Of a stretch of 64,000 nt of DNA, positions 12,251-24,600 are shown in pieces. Origin of the DNA: Negaprion brevirostris (taxonomy: Eukaryota); NCBI GenBank assembly GCA_030324005.1, contig JARDVH010000169.1, positions 12,306,393-12,370,392 of the forward strand, in the 5' to 3' direction. Each line of letters opens with the position of its first letter. Position 1 is the first letter of the stretch. Below the pieces are notes generated by a model, which saw nothing but the letters and a program-made list of their open reading frames with translations, was not told the DNA's origin and searched no databases. A program made the position numbers and the translations under genes.

Positions 12251-12789
12251 ACCAAGCAACGAATTGTATAATTATAAATAACTTAAAAATGAAATGTAAA
12301 CTTGCATTGAACCATGACCAACAACATCGTACCTATTTTGTTCTGCATTCAATGAGTCCAGGCATGTTCCCACCACCAACCATGCTTTGTACTAACAACT
12401 CAATTGTAACACTTTTTGCCAAGCTTTTCATGTATCAGTAAACAGAAGAGCTCAATTTTTGAAAGAGGCTAGTGTGATAAGTTATCACACAATAGTATTT
12501 GGTATTGTACTTTGTTTCAAAAATTCAATCCCTGTTCCAGGGGTTTTCAAACATGATTATGAACAACTTAAAAGCAAGAAGCTATTCAGGAGCCCTCAAT
12601 AATAGCTAATAAAAAAACCTATAATAAATATTAGCATTATAATTTTATACTACTGTTATCATGTAATCTGTTTGGTAAAGGAAATCTAAACATATTGTGC
12701 AAAGTCCATTTGATGTTGGCAATCTGCCTTGTTGTTTGGTAATGTGATTGCTGCCATTCATGTTCGCTATCTCTGTAACTTTGCCTTCT

Positions 12790-13217
12790 GGATGGCATGG
12801 AGGTATAGTGGTCAGCACTGTTGCCTGTTTCTGCGTGGGTTTCTTCTGGGTGCTCCAGTTTTTTTCCCCACAGTCTAAGGATTTGATTTGTTATGATTTG
12901 ATTTGATTTATTATTGTCGCATGTATTGGTCTACAGTGAAAAGTATTGTTTGCTGTGTGCTATACAGACAAAGCATACTGTTCATCAAGAAGAAAGGGAG
13001 AGGGTACAGAATGTAACGTTACAATTCAAGATGTGCATGATAGGTGGATTGGCCATGTTAAATTGCCCCTTAGTGTCCCAAGATGATTAGGTTAGGGGGA
13101 TTAGTGGGGTAAATGTGTAGGATATGAGGATATGTCCTGAGTAAGATGCTCTGTCGGAGAGTTGGTGCAGATTTGATAGGCCAAATGGTTATCTCCTACA
13201 CGTAGGGATTCTATGCT
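12790..13217 (+). mobile_element. HE1-type V-SINE interrupted by a Rex1/Babar 3'-end insertion (12880-13025, minus)
   Basis: tRNA-like head, V-domain tctgcgtgggtttcttctgggtgctccagttt...cccacagtc and tail gggattctatg. The insert is the reverse complement of the 3' UTR and (AAATC)n tail seen at 16920-17060. Confidence 0.85.
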
Positions 13218-13989
13218 TCCTTCTGCAAATTTCAGTAGTGTGTTGGAGGAAGAGATAATTGTCATGAAAGTTTGTATGGGTAACCATAAGTATATTGAAC
13301 TAAGAATGGACATTGCATTGGCTATTTTGTTTATGGATGACTATAACTAAATTGTAATTGTGGCTGAATTGGAAATACATTTATTTTCTGATCCTTTTCT
13401 ACTTGCATTTACCTGATTTGTTTCACTGACTAAGAAACAACATGGAGGCCATTGAGGATTTTGAGAAGAGGCATGTCTCCATTTCCATTTCATGGAGGTG
13501 ACCCATTGTGAGCCTATCCTCATGTGGCATACCACTGCAACAGTCTACTTTTTGTAAACATACGTTAACAATAGATAATGCTGCTTGTAAATGCTTCAAT
13601 TAAAAGGGTCTTGCTTGGGTTGCACTTTTAGCATACAGAATATCTTAATTATATATTAGATTAATATTTTCATACTGCACTACACTCCCACCTCCAATGC
13701 CATTTGAATATCCTTAATTATTTGTGAAATAATTCCATGCCTTCTTTTCTCACCATTTGACTTAGTTTTCATATTTCACTATTATTAAGTGTAAGTGTTT
13801 CCATGTCCCCACTAAAAATCTTGTAGTGTTCATTCAGAGAATTACTCAATAATAACTGTGTTCAGCAATGTTTTCACCTCTTAAAACTACAACTACCTAA
13901 ATAAAATAAAGAATTTGCATTTATATGACTCCTTTCACCAAAGGTGCAGAATACAGTTTCTGGCACTAGCCTCCTTATAGATATAGTGA

Positions 13990-14106
13990 AGAACATGCCC
14001 TTGTCTACATCAATGAGGATGAAGTAGAAATGGTTGAGAGCTTCAAGCTTTTAGGTGTCCAGATCACCAACAACCTGTCCTGGTCCCCCATGCCTATAGT
14101 TAAGAA
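13990..14106 (+). mobile_element. Rex1/Babar-type LINE RT fragment
   Basis: Reads INEDEVEMVESFKLLGVQITNNLSWS...IVKK and is nearly the same as 45891-45990. Confidence 0.85.
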
Positions 14107-14290
14107 GGCAGTTAGGAAGGCAAATGCAATGTTAGCATTCATGTCGGGAGGGCTGGAATATAAAAGCAGGGATGTACTTCTGAGGCTGTATGAAGCTCTG
14201 GTCAGACCCCATTTGGAGTATTGTGAACAGTTTTGGACCCCATATCTAAGGAAGGATGTGCTGGCCTTGCAGGGGTTCCAGAGGTTACAG
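14107..14290 (+). mobile_element. CR1 LINE ORF2 fragment
   Basis: AVRKANAMLAFMSGGLEYKSRDVLLRLYEALVRPHLEYCEQFWTPYLRKDVLAL is the canonical CR1 RT C-terminal segment. Confidence 0.92.
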
Positions 14291-14599
14291 GTGCCAAGCC
14301 TCAGAAGAATTTGCACTACATGTCACCTACAACACAGAAAAATGCCCCAAGGTGCTTCACAGAGGCATATTATGTGAAAAATGAGAGATGAACGAAAGGA
14401 CAAGGTGAGTGGACTTGCCAAATCTTGGATAAAACTTGATTTTAAAAAGGAAGGAGGAAGAGAAGATTTGGAAGGGAATTTCAGAGCGTGGAGTCGAATG
14501 GCTGAAGGTATTTCAAATGGTTTTCTATGTAAAAGCTGCTATTTAAATGCCCATTGTTCTGTTGTTTACCTATTTTGATCCCTCACCCTTAAAAACGAT

Positions 14600-15420
14600 T
14601 GCTCAAGCTTACAACTTGCTCATGGAAACTACAAGTCTCATGTTGGATGTAAGGTTCTCAGGAATCTATCCTTGGCCTCCTCCTGGTTGAAATCTACATG
14701 ATGCCGCTTGGTGACATTATTCCAAAACATTTTGAGTTGTGCACATAAGCTGAGGACACCCAGCTCTGCCTCTCTGGACCCTCAACTGCCCCTCTGCTGT
14801 CCAGTGGTGGATGAGCAGGAATTTCCCGAAACCAAATATTGGAAAGACAAGTGCACGTGGTACCCATCACAAACCTGTTTCTCTAGCCACAATTCCATCC
14901 CTTTCTCTGACAACTGTCTCGAGGATCACTTAGACCATTCGTAACCTTGATCTTGTATAATGACGCAGAGCTGCACTCCAGCGCAATTACTTCAAACATC
15001 TGTAACATCACTGGTCTCTATCCCTGTCTCAGCTCATTTTGCTGAAGTGCTCATCCATGCCTTCGTTGCCTCTGGAATTGACTCCTTCCATGCTCTCGAG
15101 GATGGCTGCCCATCTTCCATCCTCCATAAATGGTGGACTCACCAGTATCTTAAGTCATAACAAGTGCACTCCATTCATCAGCCTTGTGTTTATTGACCAG
15201 TACTGACTCTCAGCAACATCTTGATTTTGAAATTCTCACCCCGGTTCCAAAATCTATCCAAGGCCTTGCACCCACCCTATCTCTGTAACCCCTTCTGGCC
15301 TTTAAACCATCCAACATCTCCAAACTCCCTTCGACTTGGTCCTCTTGCACACCTGATGTTTTTAAATCACTATACCATTGGTGGCTGTTCCATTGATTAT
15401 CTAGGCCCTAAGCTTCAGAA
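14600..15420 (+). mobile_element. L2 LINE RT and 3' region remnant
   Basis: Contains QESILGLL..IYMMPLGDII (PQGSILGP-like), gctgaggacacccagctc (YADDTQL-like), EVLIHAFVASGIDSFHAL (ETLIHAFVTSRLDY-like) and an L2-type 3' sequence. Confidence 0.8.
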
Positions 15421-15990
15421 ATAGTTAAAGGAAGGTAGTCATCGTTGAGTGTCAAGTTAGCATTGGTTGCCCATGACCCAAGATAGTGAGTAAGATTATT
15501 TATAATCTCCCTGCAGATACTCGAAGTGGCTCAAACCAAAAAAAAACTCTATTTAATGATGGCATCAAAATTCTAATTTTCAACTTCAATAGTTAAATTT
15601 TAAATAAAATGTTCAAAATCAACTGCTGTGTCAGAACTGAACACCACAATCCTTTGATATAATGAAACTGGTCCAATTTGCCGCAACAAAGATTAAATAT
15701 TTTCCTTCCTCTGCTGGGGGTGTGGTAATGCTGGGTCATAATTCCATTGATTGTAGCACTCTCTCTTTCTGAATGATTCCAGGCAGTGTGTGTAAGACCC
15801 AGGCAGAGGGTATTAAACCAGTTTTTTCCTCTGGAGCGTAGGAAGCTAAATAATGAGGGGCATAAATCAGGTAGACAGTCAACATCTTTTNNNNNNNNNN
15901 NNNNNNNNNNNNNNNNNNNNNNNNNNNNNNNNNNNNNNNNNNNNNNNNNNNNNNNNNNNNNNNNNNNNNNNNNNNNNNNNNNNNNNNNNN

Positions 15991-16488
15991 AGGAAGGATG
16001 TGCTGGCCTTGGAAAGGATCCAGAGGAGATGCACAAGGATGATCCCTGGAATGAAGAATTTGTCGTATGAGGAATGGTTGAGGACTCTGGGTCTGTACTC
16101 ATTAGAGTTTAGAAAGATGAGGGTGGACCTTATTGAAACTTACAGGATACTGTGAGGTCTGGACAGAGTGGACGTGGAGAGGATGTTTCCCAAGTAGGAA
16201 AAACTAGAACCAGAGGGCACAACCTCAGGCTGAAGGGATGATCTTTTAAAACAAAGATGAGGAATTTCTTCAGTCAGAGAGTGGTGAATCTGTGGAAGTC
16301 TGTGCTGCAGAAGGCTGTGGAGGCCAGGTCATTGAGTTTTTGAGGTAGTTGGGTTCTTGATTAATAAGGGGGTTATGGCTTATGGGGAAAAGGCAAGAGA
16401 ATGGGGATGAGAAAAAAATCAGCTATGATTCAATGGCGAGCATAATCGATGATCTGAGTGGCCTAGTTCTGCTCCTATATCTTATGGT
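15991..16488 (+). mobile_element. CR1 LINE 3' portion
   Basis: RKDVLALERIQRRCTRMIPGMKNLSYEEWLRTLGLYSLEFRKMRVDLIETYRIL, then a CR1 3' UTR ending ctgctcctatatcttatggtct. Confidence 0.93.
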
Positions 16489-17060
16489 CTATAGTCTAAG
16501 AAAGCCCGCCAAAGCCTCTACTATCTCAGAAGGCTAAGGAAATTTGGTACGTCAACTACGACTCTCACCAACTTTTACAGATGCACCACAGAAAGCATTC
16601 TTTTTAGTTGTGTCACAGCTTGGTATGGCTCCTGCTCTTCCAATACCACAAGAAACTACAAAAGGCCATGAATGTAGCCCAATTCATCACGTAAACCAAC
16701 CTCCCATTCATTGACTCTGTCCGGCTGTCTCGGCAAAGCAACCAGCATAATTAAGGACACCACGCACCGGACATTCTCTCTTCCGCCACCTTCTGTCGGG
16801 AAAATGATACAAAAGTCTGAGGTTGCGTATCAACCGACTCGAGCAGCTTCCTTCCTGTTGCCATCAAACTTTTGAATGGACCTCCCTTGCGTTTCATTGA
16901 TCTTTCTCTACACTCTAGCCATGACTGTAACACTACATTCTGCTCTCTCTCGCTTCCTTCTCAATGAATGGTATGCTTTGTCTGTATAGCATGCAAGAAA
17001 CAATACTTTTCACCATATCCGGATACATGTGACAATAATAAATCAAATCAAATCAAATCA
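16489..17060 (+). mobile_element. Rex1/Babar-type LINE 3' portion with (AAATC)n tail
   Basis: KKARQSLYYLRRLRKFG...TLTNFYRCTTESIL, followed by a 3' UTR and an aataataaatcaaatcaaatcaaatca tail. Confidence 0.9.
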
Positions 17061-17833
17061 GAAGCAAGATAAGGAAGGAGCCTCTTTTTCTCACTCAAAC
17101 ACACAAAAACATATACCATTTGAAGTTGTATAGAAATACTGGAAATTCTTGCTCTTTACACACTTAAACAAAGTTATACTGACAGAGCGAAGTATGCAAA
17201 GTATTAATTTGATACAGGCAGGGTAAATCCAGAACATTATTTCAAACTAGATAAACAAAGGATTAAATGATTCAAACTTTTCAGAATACATGTCAGAAAG
17301 TTGTTTATAAAAGCAATGATCAGCATGTGAAATGAATAGAGTAGTGAAGGCAAACATTTGGAAATATTTTAGAAGTGAATGCTTTAATTGTGAAGACTAA
17401 GTTCTATAAGCAAACTAGGTTATGCCAAATGCTCTTCCTCATCTGAAACCATCTTGTGATTTTGTGAGATGTAGTCCAATGGATATTACCAATTATGTGA
17501 ACTACAACTTCCAGATATCACATGTTATACGTCATTTTATGGTTCATATTAACTGGAACTATAACAGGGCAAGTCATTGTCTTGTATATATGGTAGAACA
17601 TTCAACTATTTTAATATTGATTTTGTCAAAATATTTTATAGGATGCAAATTTTAAAACCACTGATAGGAATAAGATAATATATTTTACATTGTGACAAAA
17701 TTAGTCTTATGATTCATTGCTAAACTGGAGGATTTGCGGTGCATCCCATTTTCTGGTATAAGTTACATCATTCACTCATGGTGAGCGTTCAGTATGCTGA
17801 GGAACAGAACACATTTAGCTTTTGGAACCCAGT

Positions 17834-19005
17834 GTCATGATTAAGTATCCGGATGAGACACAGAATGGGCCAGTTAAAGCTTGTCCTACTCTGTTCAATC
17901 TCAGAAAACTACTGTTGAAAACTTTGATCTGGAAGCAGTACTGTAAGGAAAATTTGTAAATGATTTTAAAATTTGTGGAATTTGTGATTGTTTTTAGGAA
18001 TGTTTGAAAAGGACTTTGAATTTAAATTGTAAAGGAATCAACTGTACCTTTACTGGATAAGAAATACTAACCATGTGATCTGGTAACCCTTGACCTGGAA
18101 GCAGTGGCAACAGGAAGAAAGTTAAGGTACAATCACAAAGAAGAGTTGCAGTCACAAAGCAGAGGAGCTGGAGGGCGAAGGCTCAGATAGAGACAGAAAG
18201 AAAAAGCAGACAGGCAAAAGAGGAATGCACTGAATTCTAATGAGTGGAAGAAGCAACTGATTCTCAGGAGAAGGTCAGTTTTACTGATTGCAGGAAGAGC
18301 TCTTTGAGGCAATGTGAGAGCTGGTTACCAAACCAAAAAATTAGACAAAGGTCTAAAACCTGGAAAGCTGTGTGAATTGCTCAGAGATGCTAAAAAGCTG
18401 GGCATTTTTCCCACAATTGACCAAATCATGAACTGGGGTGTTATTGGTTGGCCAATTGATAAAGGATTCTGGAAAGCTATACCTTCAGAATTATTATTAC
18501 TAAAGGGAGAGAGGGCTCATAGAAATGTGCTTTGCTGATGATAATCATACCTGTGAGGCTTGAAGGTGAAAGCTGTTGTTGGGTGGAACTCCAAACCTTA
18601 CTCTATGTGAATAGGGAGCAGCATATTTTGGAGCTGTGCAGCTAGCTAGGCCAGAATTTTACTGCCTTGCCCATCCAGGTTGGCCTTGGGTGGGATTTTT
18701 CGAGCCTCACTTGGGTGGGATTTTACAAGCTTCACCCGAATGAGGTCGTAAAATCCCAGATTCAGGTGCTTTTGTACTGTAAGATGTATTTTTGTTCTCT
18801 TGATTATTTAAAGTGAAATTTATCTTTTCATTTGAAGTATCATTATTTGTTAATTCATATTTAATTCACATTGATTCCTGACTCATTTTAAAATTAGAAG
18901 TTACAAAAAGTGAACTCTTGTCTGTAATCTCTTCTTTGTCAATCATTTGTGCCTTTATGCCTGTATATTTCTCCTCCCTACACCAATCGGCCTTTAGGCC
19001 TCATT
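17834..19005. mobile_element. Probable solo LTR / LTR-like repeat, containing a mini-MITE at 18649-18760
   Basis: Begins TGTCATG and has LTR-like composition (purine-rich R-like middle, T-rich end). Boundaries are uncertain. The internal element runs ggccagaatttt...aaaatcccag. Confidence 0.35.
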
Positions 19006-19859
19006 CAGTAAAATTGCTAATTTTGTGATCAGTTGTGAGCTGTGCAGCTCTACCTAATTAAGAACTAGATTGAATTTATCCATTTTGTTATATGGACCAT
19101 GAGAACTAACAGATAGAGACTTTCATTTTATTTTCTTGTGTTGGATTTGATCTGAGATCCAGAGGTGAATGAGATGGTGGGTGCTATCTATTGCAACATA
19201 TACATAAAATTGTGCATTTTTAGTACAACTAATTTTATACATACTTATGTAAACACTTATTTACCTTAACCTTATGTTGAAAACATACAAGCGTAGATTT
19301 TGCAGTCAGCAGTGAAGCAATGGCACTCACTGTTAACCTCAAAGAAAGCTACCCACAACAATCTAGCAATGTTTGTGTCACAGATATCCCATTCCTAAAG
19401 CTGGGACCAAATCAAGAGGACCTTCAGACGCCAACAGCAGTGATATCAGGAAGCCAGTCACACTGAAGTATTCTCACATGCAGCAAAGCAGGAAGTTAAA
19501 TGCACTGAACTGTTTCGCTTTTATTTTTAAATTTCAGATAGTAAAATAAATTATTTATGGTTTTGATTTTAAAAAAAGCTGTAAAACTAATTTTTTAGCA
19601 CAATGGAAAAAAATTTCATTCCAACAATAAAAAAATCAACTTTTCTGGATCATTTGAGTGTGTTAAAGAGTAATTATGAAGCTGATAAAAACCCTGTTAC
19701 ACCTCACTCAATTTTTTTCAGGGTTTTTTTACTGGTGGAATAAAAGTTAATGCTTTTGCCAATAACTGATTGCTTAAAGATTGCAGACTGAGAGGACATC
19801 CTGCTATTTTTTTGAAAAGTACTGAATTACTGACAAAAAGCGTCAAAACTTGTGACCTC

Positions 19860-20102
19860 AACCACCTAGGAGGATAAGGGCTTATGAATATGACCATCAC
19901 CTGCATGTTCCCCTCCAAGTCACATAATATCATGATTCGGAACTATATCACCTCTCCTTCACTGTCAGCTGGTTAAAATCTTGCAGGTCGCTCCCAGACA
20001 TCATCGTGGGCATAGACACACCATGTGGACTGTAAGGGTTCACAAAGGCAGCTCACCACTATCTCTTCTAATGTAATTAAGGATGGGTAATATGAATAAA
20101 AT
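19860..20102 (+). mobile_element. 3' end of a CR1-clade LINE (gcagctcaccac...aattagggatgggcaataa family)
   Basis: Same 3' sequence family as 28745-28890 (-), 29585-30100 (-), 30290-30610 (+) and 52725-52870 (-). Confidence 0.75.
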
Positions 20103-21849
20103 AAATATATGATTTTCACTTCATTTGGTGCATGTGTAGGCTTTGTGGAATAATGAGGGTGAATTCTAATAGTTTTGCATCTTTAGCACTACAAACTCTG
20201 GGTCTTTTTCAGCCCATTTGCTATATGGATCATGATTTGATTATGTAAAAATATTGCATCAAATTATTCTGAATTGATCATTTTTTTATTCAGAACAAAC
20301 CAACCCCATTTATGGATTGAAATTCAAATAAATTTTTTTGAGATAAATACATCTTTTTAATTTGTATGCAAGTTTTATGGATTTCGTTTTTGATTTTTTT
20401 TTTTCCTAGCTCTATGGTACAAAATGGGTATCTAATAAAACCCCAAAGCTATGTGCTGGGATCCAAGTGGCTCTCTTGAAAATACATCAGTATAAGTTTT
20501 AGTATGATATGGTCCTGAATGAACATGATGAATAAATTTAACTCAGTGCACAGCAGGTCTCAGTGGCTATGCATTGCAACTAGCTGATAGTTACATCCTA
20601 AATTGTACAAAATTGTTAGTGAAGCGAATCTGATAATTAATTTTCAAGGCAGATTGATGGCATCAAGTGGGCTATGGCAATAGTATATATCATTATAAAT
20701 ATAAAAAAATTAAATCAACCTGGACTCGTGCCAGACCAGTGAATCCTGTTGCTAAGCTAAGATGTAATAATAGCTTTTTCCCTTTTTTTTAATAAGCTAA
20801 TGATGTCACAAAGGTTTCCTCAATGAATTTGTTATGGCTGTTACACTTTTGATGAATGGGCAGGATACGAGTGTTTTGATTGCTCCCAGAATAATGATTC
20901 TGTGAAATTTGAAAGCAAGGTCATAATTATATGAATCTTTGCAATTGCCAAAATTCATCCACATAGGTAAGATTTTACACTATTACAAGAAAGATCAACA
21001 ATCTCATGGCATGGGGAGATAATCCTGCAGGTTTTGTCTTTTTCAACATTGCTACTATAATGTCCTTTAATTCCAATCGTCTAACATCAAAGAAGTGAAT
21101 CAGATTGACTACTGTAATATGACTTTATTGTTCTTTTCATTGCTCAGTGGGTTTGCTCAAATAGGTATTGCAAAAGTGGCTGGTAGGTGCTCTAGTCCTG
21201 GCTGGTGATCTTGGAAGTTTAGGCCATTAACACCTCATAAATTGACCAAGATGGTTCAACTTCTGAACTATTTGTTAGTACCCCACCCAACTGTTGCTAT
21301 AACTCCACTTAATTTACTTAATATATGCAGACTCCTTGCCCAAATTAGGTCTGTAGCTCGAAACTTGCTGTGAGGTGGAGAAATGAAGCCACGCCTAAGC
21401 AACATGCACATGATTTGATGTGTGCCCCCTTCTTTTTTTAAGGTTATTTGGCTCACAAAAATGACTGATAAAATGAGATGACTGTCACAATAAATATGGA
21501 AGCAAGGAAGCTGAGTTTGTGACCAAATGATAGAATGCTTTTATACTTCAACTTCCTTTTATACTTCATGACTTTCTGTTTTGAGAAAAGTGATCCATCT
21601 TCATTTGGCAATATTAAAGCATTAAGAATAGGGTTACAGCTACTCGTAGTGCAGAAGATTTTCATTGCATTATTCTACCCAAATATCCATTCAGTAAATT
21701 GATTAGCTTAAGGTGAAGAACTTCCTGATCTTTATGACTGTATTGAATCTTTGTATCATTTTTCTAGTATTGTAGTTTAGATTAAAGTAATTTTCAGATT
21801 AACTTTCTTTATGCTGATTAGTATTTCAATTCTGCCATTCTGATTATGT

Positions 21850-22060
21850 AACTCCATAAGATTACCCCTCAATTGCCTTTTTTTGAGATTGAAAACTGAG
21901 GTTTCAACAGGTTACATCTGTCACTCGCCAATGGCATGGATCAACCTTTCTGCTGAATTGCCTCGAGTCCCTGATTGTCTCCCTATGGCTCAGTGACCAG
22001 ACTGAATACATTACTCAAGACGTGATCTAATGAGAATGTTACATAATTTCAGCTTGAATC
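21850..22060 (-). mobile_element. Old CR1 ORF2 remnant
   Basis: The reverse complement encodes a decayed LYNILIRSRLE*CIQSGH (LVRPHLEYCVQFW-like). Confidence 0.6.
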
Positions 22061-22120
22061 CTGTCTTCTACTATGCTGTTTCTACATTCTATTTGCTTTG
22101 CTGATTTCTGCTAAACATAT

Positions 22121-22435
22121 GGGTGGCACATTGACACTGTTGCCTCACAGCACCAGGGACTCAGGTTCAATTCCCGACTTGGGTCATAGTCTATGTGGAG
22201 TTTGCATGTTCTCCCTGTGTCTGCGTGGGTTCCCTCCGGGTGCTCCAGTTTCCTCCCACAGTCTGAAAGATGTGCGGGTTAGGTTGGTTGGCCGTGCTAA
22301 ATTGCCCCTGAGTGTCAGGGGATTAGTAGTGTAAATAAGTGGGATTATGAGAATAGGGCTGGGGTGGGATTGTGATCAGTGCAGACTCGATGGGCCGAAC
22401 AGCCTCTTTCGGCACTGTAGGGATTCTATGATTCT
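22121..22435 (+). mobile_element. HE1-type V-SINE, near full length
   Basis: tRNA-derived head with B box ggttcaattcc, V-domain, and a CR1/HER1-like tail gatgggccgaacagcctctttcggcactgtagggattctatgattct. Confidence 0.93.
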
Positions 22436-22539
22436 GTAAGTGATCCGTCATGTATATTGCTTCTGGGTGCAGTCAGCTTTGACCGAACTAAGCCTGCAAA
22501 GCCAACAAACAAAACTGGTTTCATCTCCTCTGCCTCTCA

Positions 22540-22695
22540 GAGGTGAAATCGAGGTCGTGTCTGTTCTCTCAGGATGTAAGCAATCCTGTGGCACTGGGAG
22601 AGTTCCCTATGGCCAATACTGATCCCCCAGTCAACATCACAACAAAAAGCTAATTGTGCGCTCACAGCCGCATTGCTGTTTGTGGGATCTTGCTG
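22540..22695 (+). mobile_element. DeuSINE (Deu-domain) remnant
   Basis: tgtctgttctctcaggatgtaagcaatcctgtggcact...tggccaatactgatcccccagtcaacatcac...cattgctgtttgtgggatcttgctg resembles the recalled AmnSINE1/SINE3/SacSINE1 Deu domain. Confidence 0.65.
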
Positions 22696-22696
22696 C

Positions 22697-22980
22697 GTGG
22701 CAGAGTGATTAGCCCTGCTGCCTCACAGCGCCAGGGACCCGGGTTCGATTCCCGGCTTGGATCGCTGTCTGTATGGATTTTGCACATTCTCCCCGTGTCT
22801 GCGTGGGTTTCCTCGGATGGTCTGGTTTCCTCCCACAGTCCAAAGATGTGCGGGTTAGGTTGACTGATCATGCTAAGTTGGCCCTTAGTGTCGGAGGGAA
22901 CTAGCACGGGTAAAGAGATGGGGTTAAGGGGATGGGGCAGGGGTGGCATTGTTGTCGGTGCAGGTTCAATGGGCCAGATG
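22697..22980 (+). mobile_element. HE1-type V-SINE (runs into gap)
   Basis: gctgcctcacagcgccagggacccgggttcgattcccggcttgg plus V-domain. It retains CpGs, so it is a younger copy. Confidence 0.93.
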
Positions 22981-23136
22981 NNNNNNNNNNNNNNNNNNNN
23001 NNNNNNNNNNNNNNNNNNNNNNNNNNNNNNNNNNNNNNNNNNNNNNNNNNNNNNNNNNNNNNNNNNNNNNNNNNNNNNNNATTGCAGTGTTAATGTAAGC
23101 CTACTTGTGGTGCTAATAAATAAACTTTAAATCATT

Positions 23137-23270
23137 GGCTGGAATTCTCTGATGTCATATGACACCACCGCTGCTAATGAGAACAGAGAATTTGGCGCTC
23201 AGCCAAATCTTCATTCACAGCAGCAGAACTGGAGAATCCCAGCCACGGACAAGGTTGGAGAATCCCAGCC
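23137..23270. mobile_element. 134-bp mini-MITE with 3-bp TSD (PIF/Harbinger-like)
   Basis: TIRs ggctggaattctc / gagaatcccagcc. ATT is duplicated at 23134-23136 and 23271-23273. A related copy lies at 58687-58809. Confidence 0.75.
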
Positions 23271-23689
23271 ATTCAGTATCAAATTTACTGGTATCTATCG
23301 ATCTCATTCAATTTCAGCCTTGTATTTATGAAATATTGTACACGCATGATAAATGTCATTTACCATGGTTCAATTCATTTAAATGTTATAGCCAACTTAT
23401 TTTACATTTCCTGAACTGCACTTTAAGAATGAACTGCCCCTCCTAATTTGATATCAACAGCAAACCTGACAGTGGGTATTGAGTTTCAGGATCTAAATTG
23501 CTGAAGCATATTAAAAACCTAAGTCATTCCATATCTGTTCCTGAGGCATGCCACCCTAATGTAACTCTGTAAACTTGCACCTATTGTTTTATTTTACATT
23601 TCAGTCAATTCTTAAGAGTTACCTTATATTTATATTTGTGAATTTAACTCCGGAGTGTTTTAAGAACTTGGTCAAATTCGTTGATTCTC

Positions 23690-24600
23690 AGGGCAATTCT
23701 CCCAGCAGTGCAGTGTGTTGGGAGACTTGAGCAGAGGCCATTTAATGGGCTCCCTGCTGCGCATCACACCTCCGTGAGTCTTCGGCAGCTGGATTTCTGG
23801 CACCATCAGCTCCATGTCGGAAATCAGCGCAGAGCTGCATAATTTCCATGTCGGAAATCAGCGCAGAGCTGCATAATTTAGTTAAATCTTCATCTTAATA
23901 TATTTTACATAAAAGTAGCGGGCCTGGGACTACTAGTCTCTCTCCCAACTGCCAGGGGTGGCTCACTCCAGCAGGCTTTATAATAGCTCCCTAGTAGCAG
24001 GGAGCTGGTGGCCCAACCCCGCTGGAGTGAAGGGGGGCTATTGAGCACCCCCCCCCCCCGAGGAGGTCTGGGGTAAGGGGGTCCTCTGGGCATTGCCAGC
24101 TTGGCCCCTGGCACAGCCCAAGGAGTGAAATGGCAATGTCTGGGGAGTATCTTGGCACTGTCCACCAGGCCTTGGGGCAGTGCCAAGGAGGTGCAGCCTT
24201 GGGGGGAGATTGGTGGGGGGGGAGGTTGGGAGGGGTCTCACTGTCACTCTGCACTTAGCACTGACAGAGGGAGGGAGGCCAATGATCTGCCGGGGGAGGA
24301 TGGGNNNNNNNNNNNNNNNNNNNNNNNNNNNNNNNNNNNNNNNNNNNNNNNNNNNNNNNNNNNNNNNNNNNNNNNNNNNNNNNNNNNNNNNNNNNNNNNN
24401 NNNNNNNNNNNNNNNNNNNNNNNNNNNNNNNNNNNNNNNNNNNNNNNNNNNNNNNNNNNNNNNNNNNNNNNNNNNNNNNNNNNNNNNNNNNNNNNNNNNN
24501 NNNNNNNNNNNNNNNNNNNNNNNNNNNNNNNNNNNNNNNNNNNNNNNNNNNNNNNNNNNNNCTCGCCTTCCCCCAGTTCAGCACCCTCCCCTTCGGACGG
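23690..24600. mobile_element. GC-rich MITE-like element (spans gap)
   Basis: Starts gggcaattctccc. The GC-rich core, with ggcattgccagcttggc and ggcagtgccaagg motifs, is shared with other copies in the window. Confidence 0.6.

Noticed and set aside
21268-21800. Two adjacent minus-strand ORFs
   Set aside because: No recognisable motif in any frame and no consistent splice signals.
22121-22780. tRNA-like A/B boxes
   Set aside because: These are SINE heads followed by the V-domain and a LINE-derived tail, not tRNA genes.
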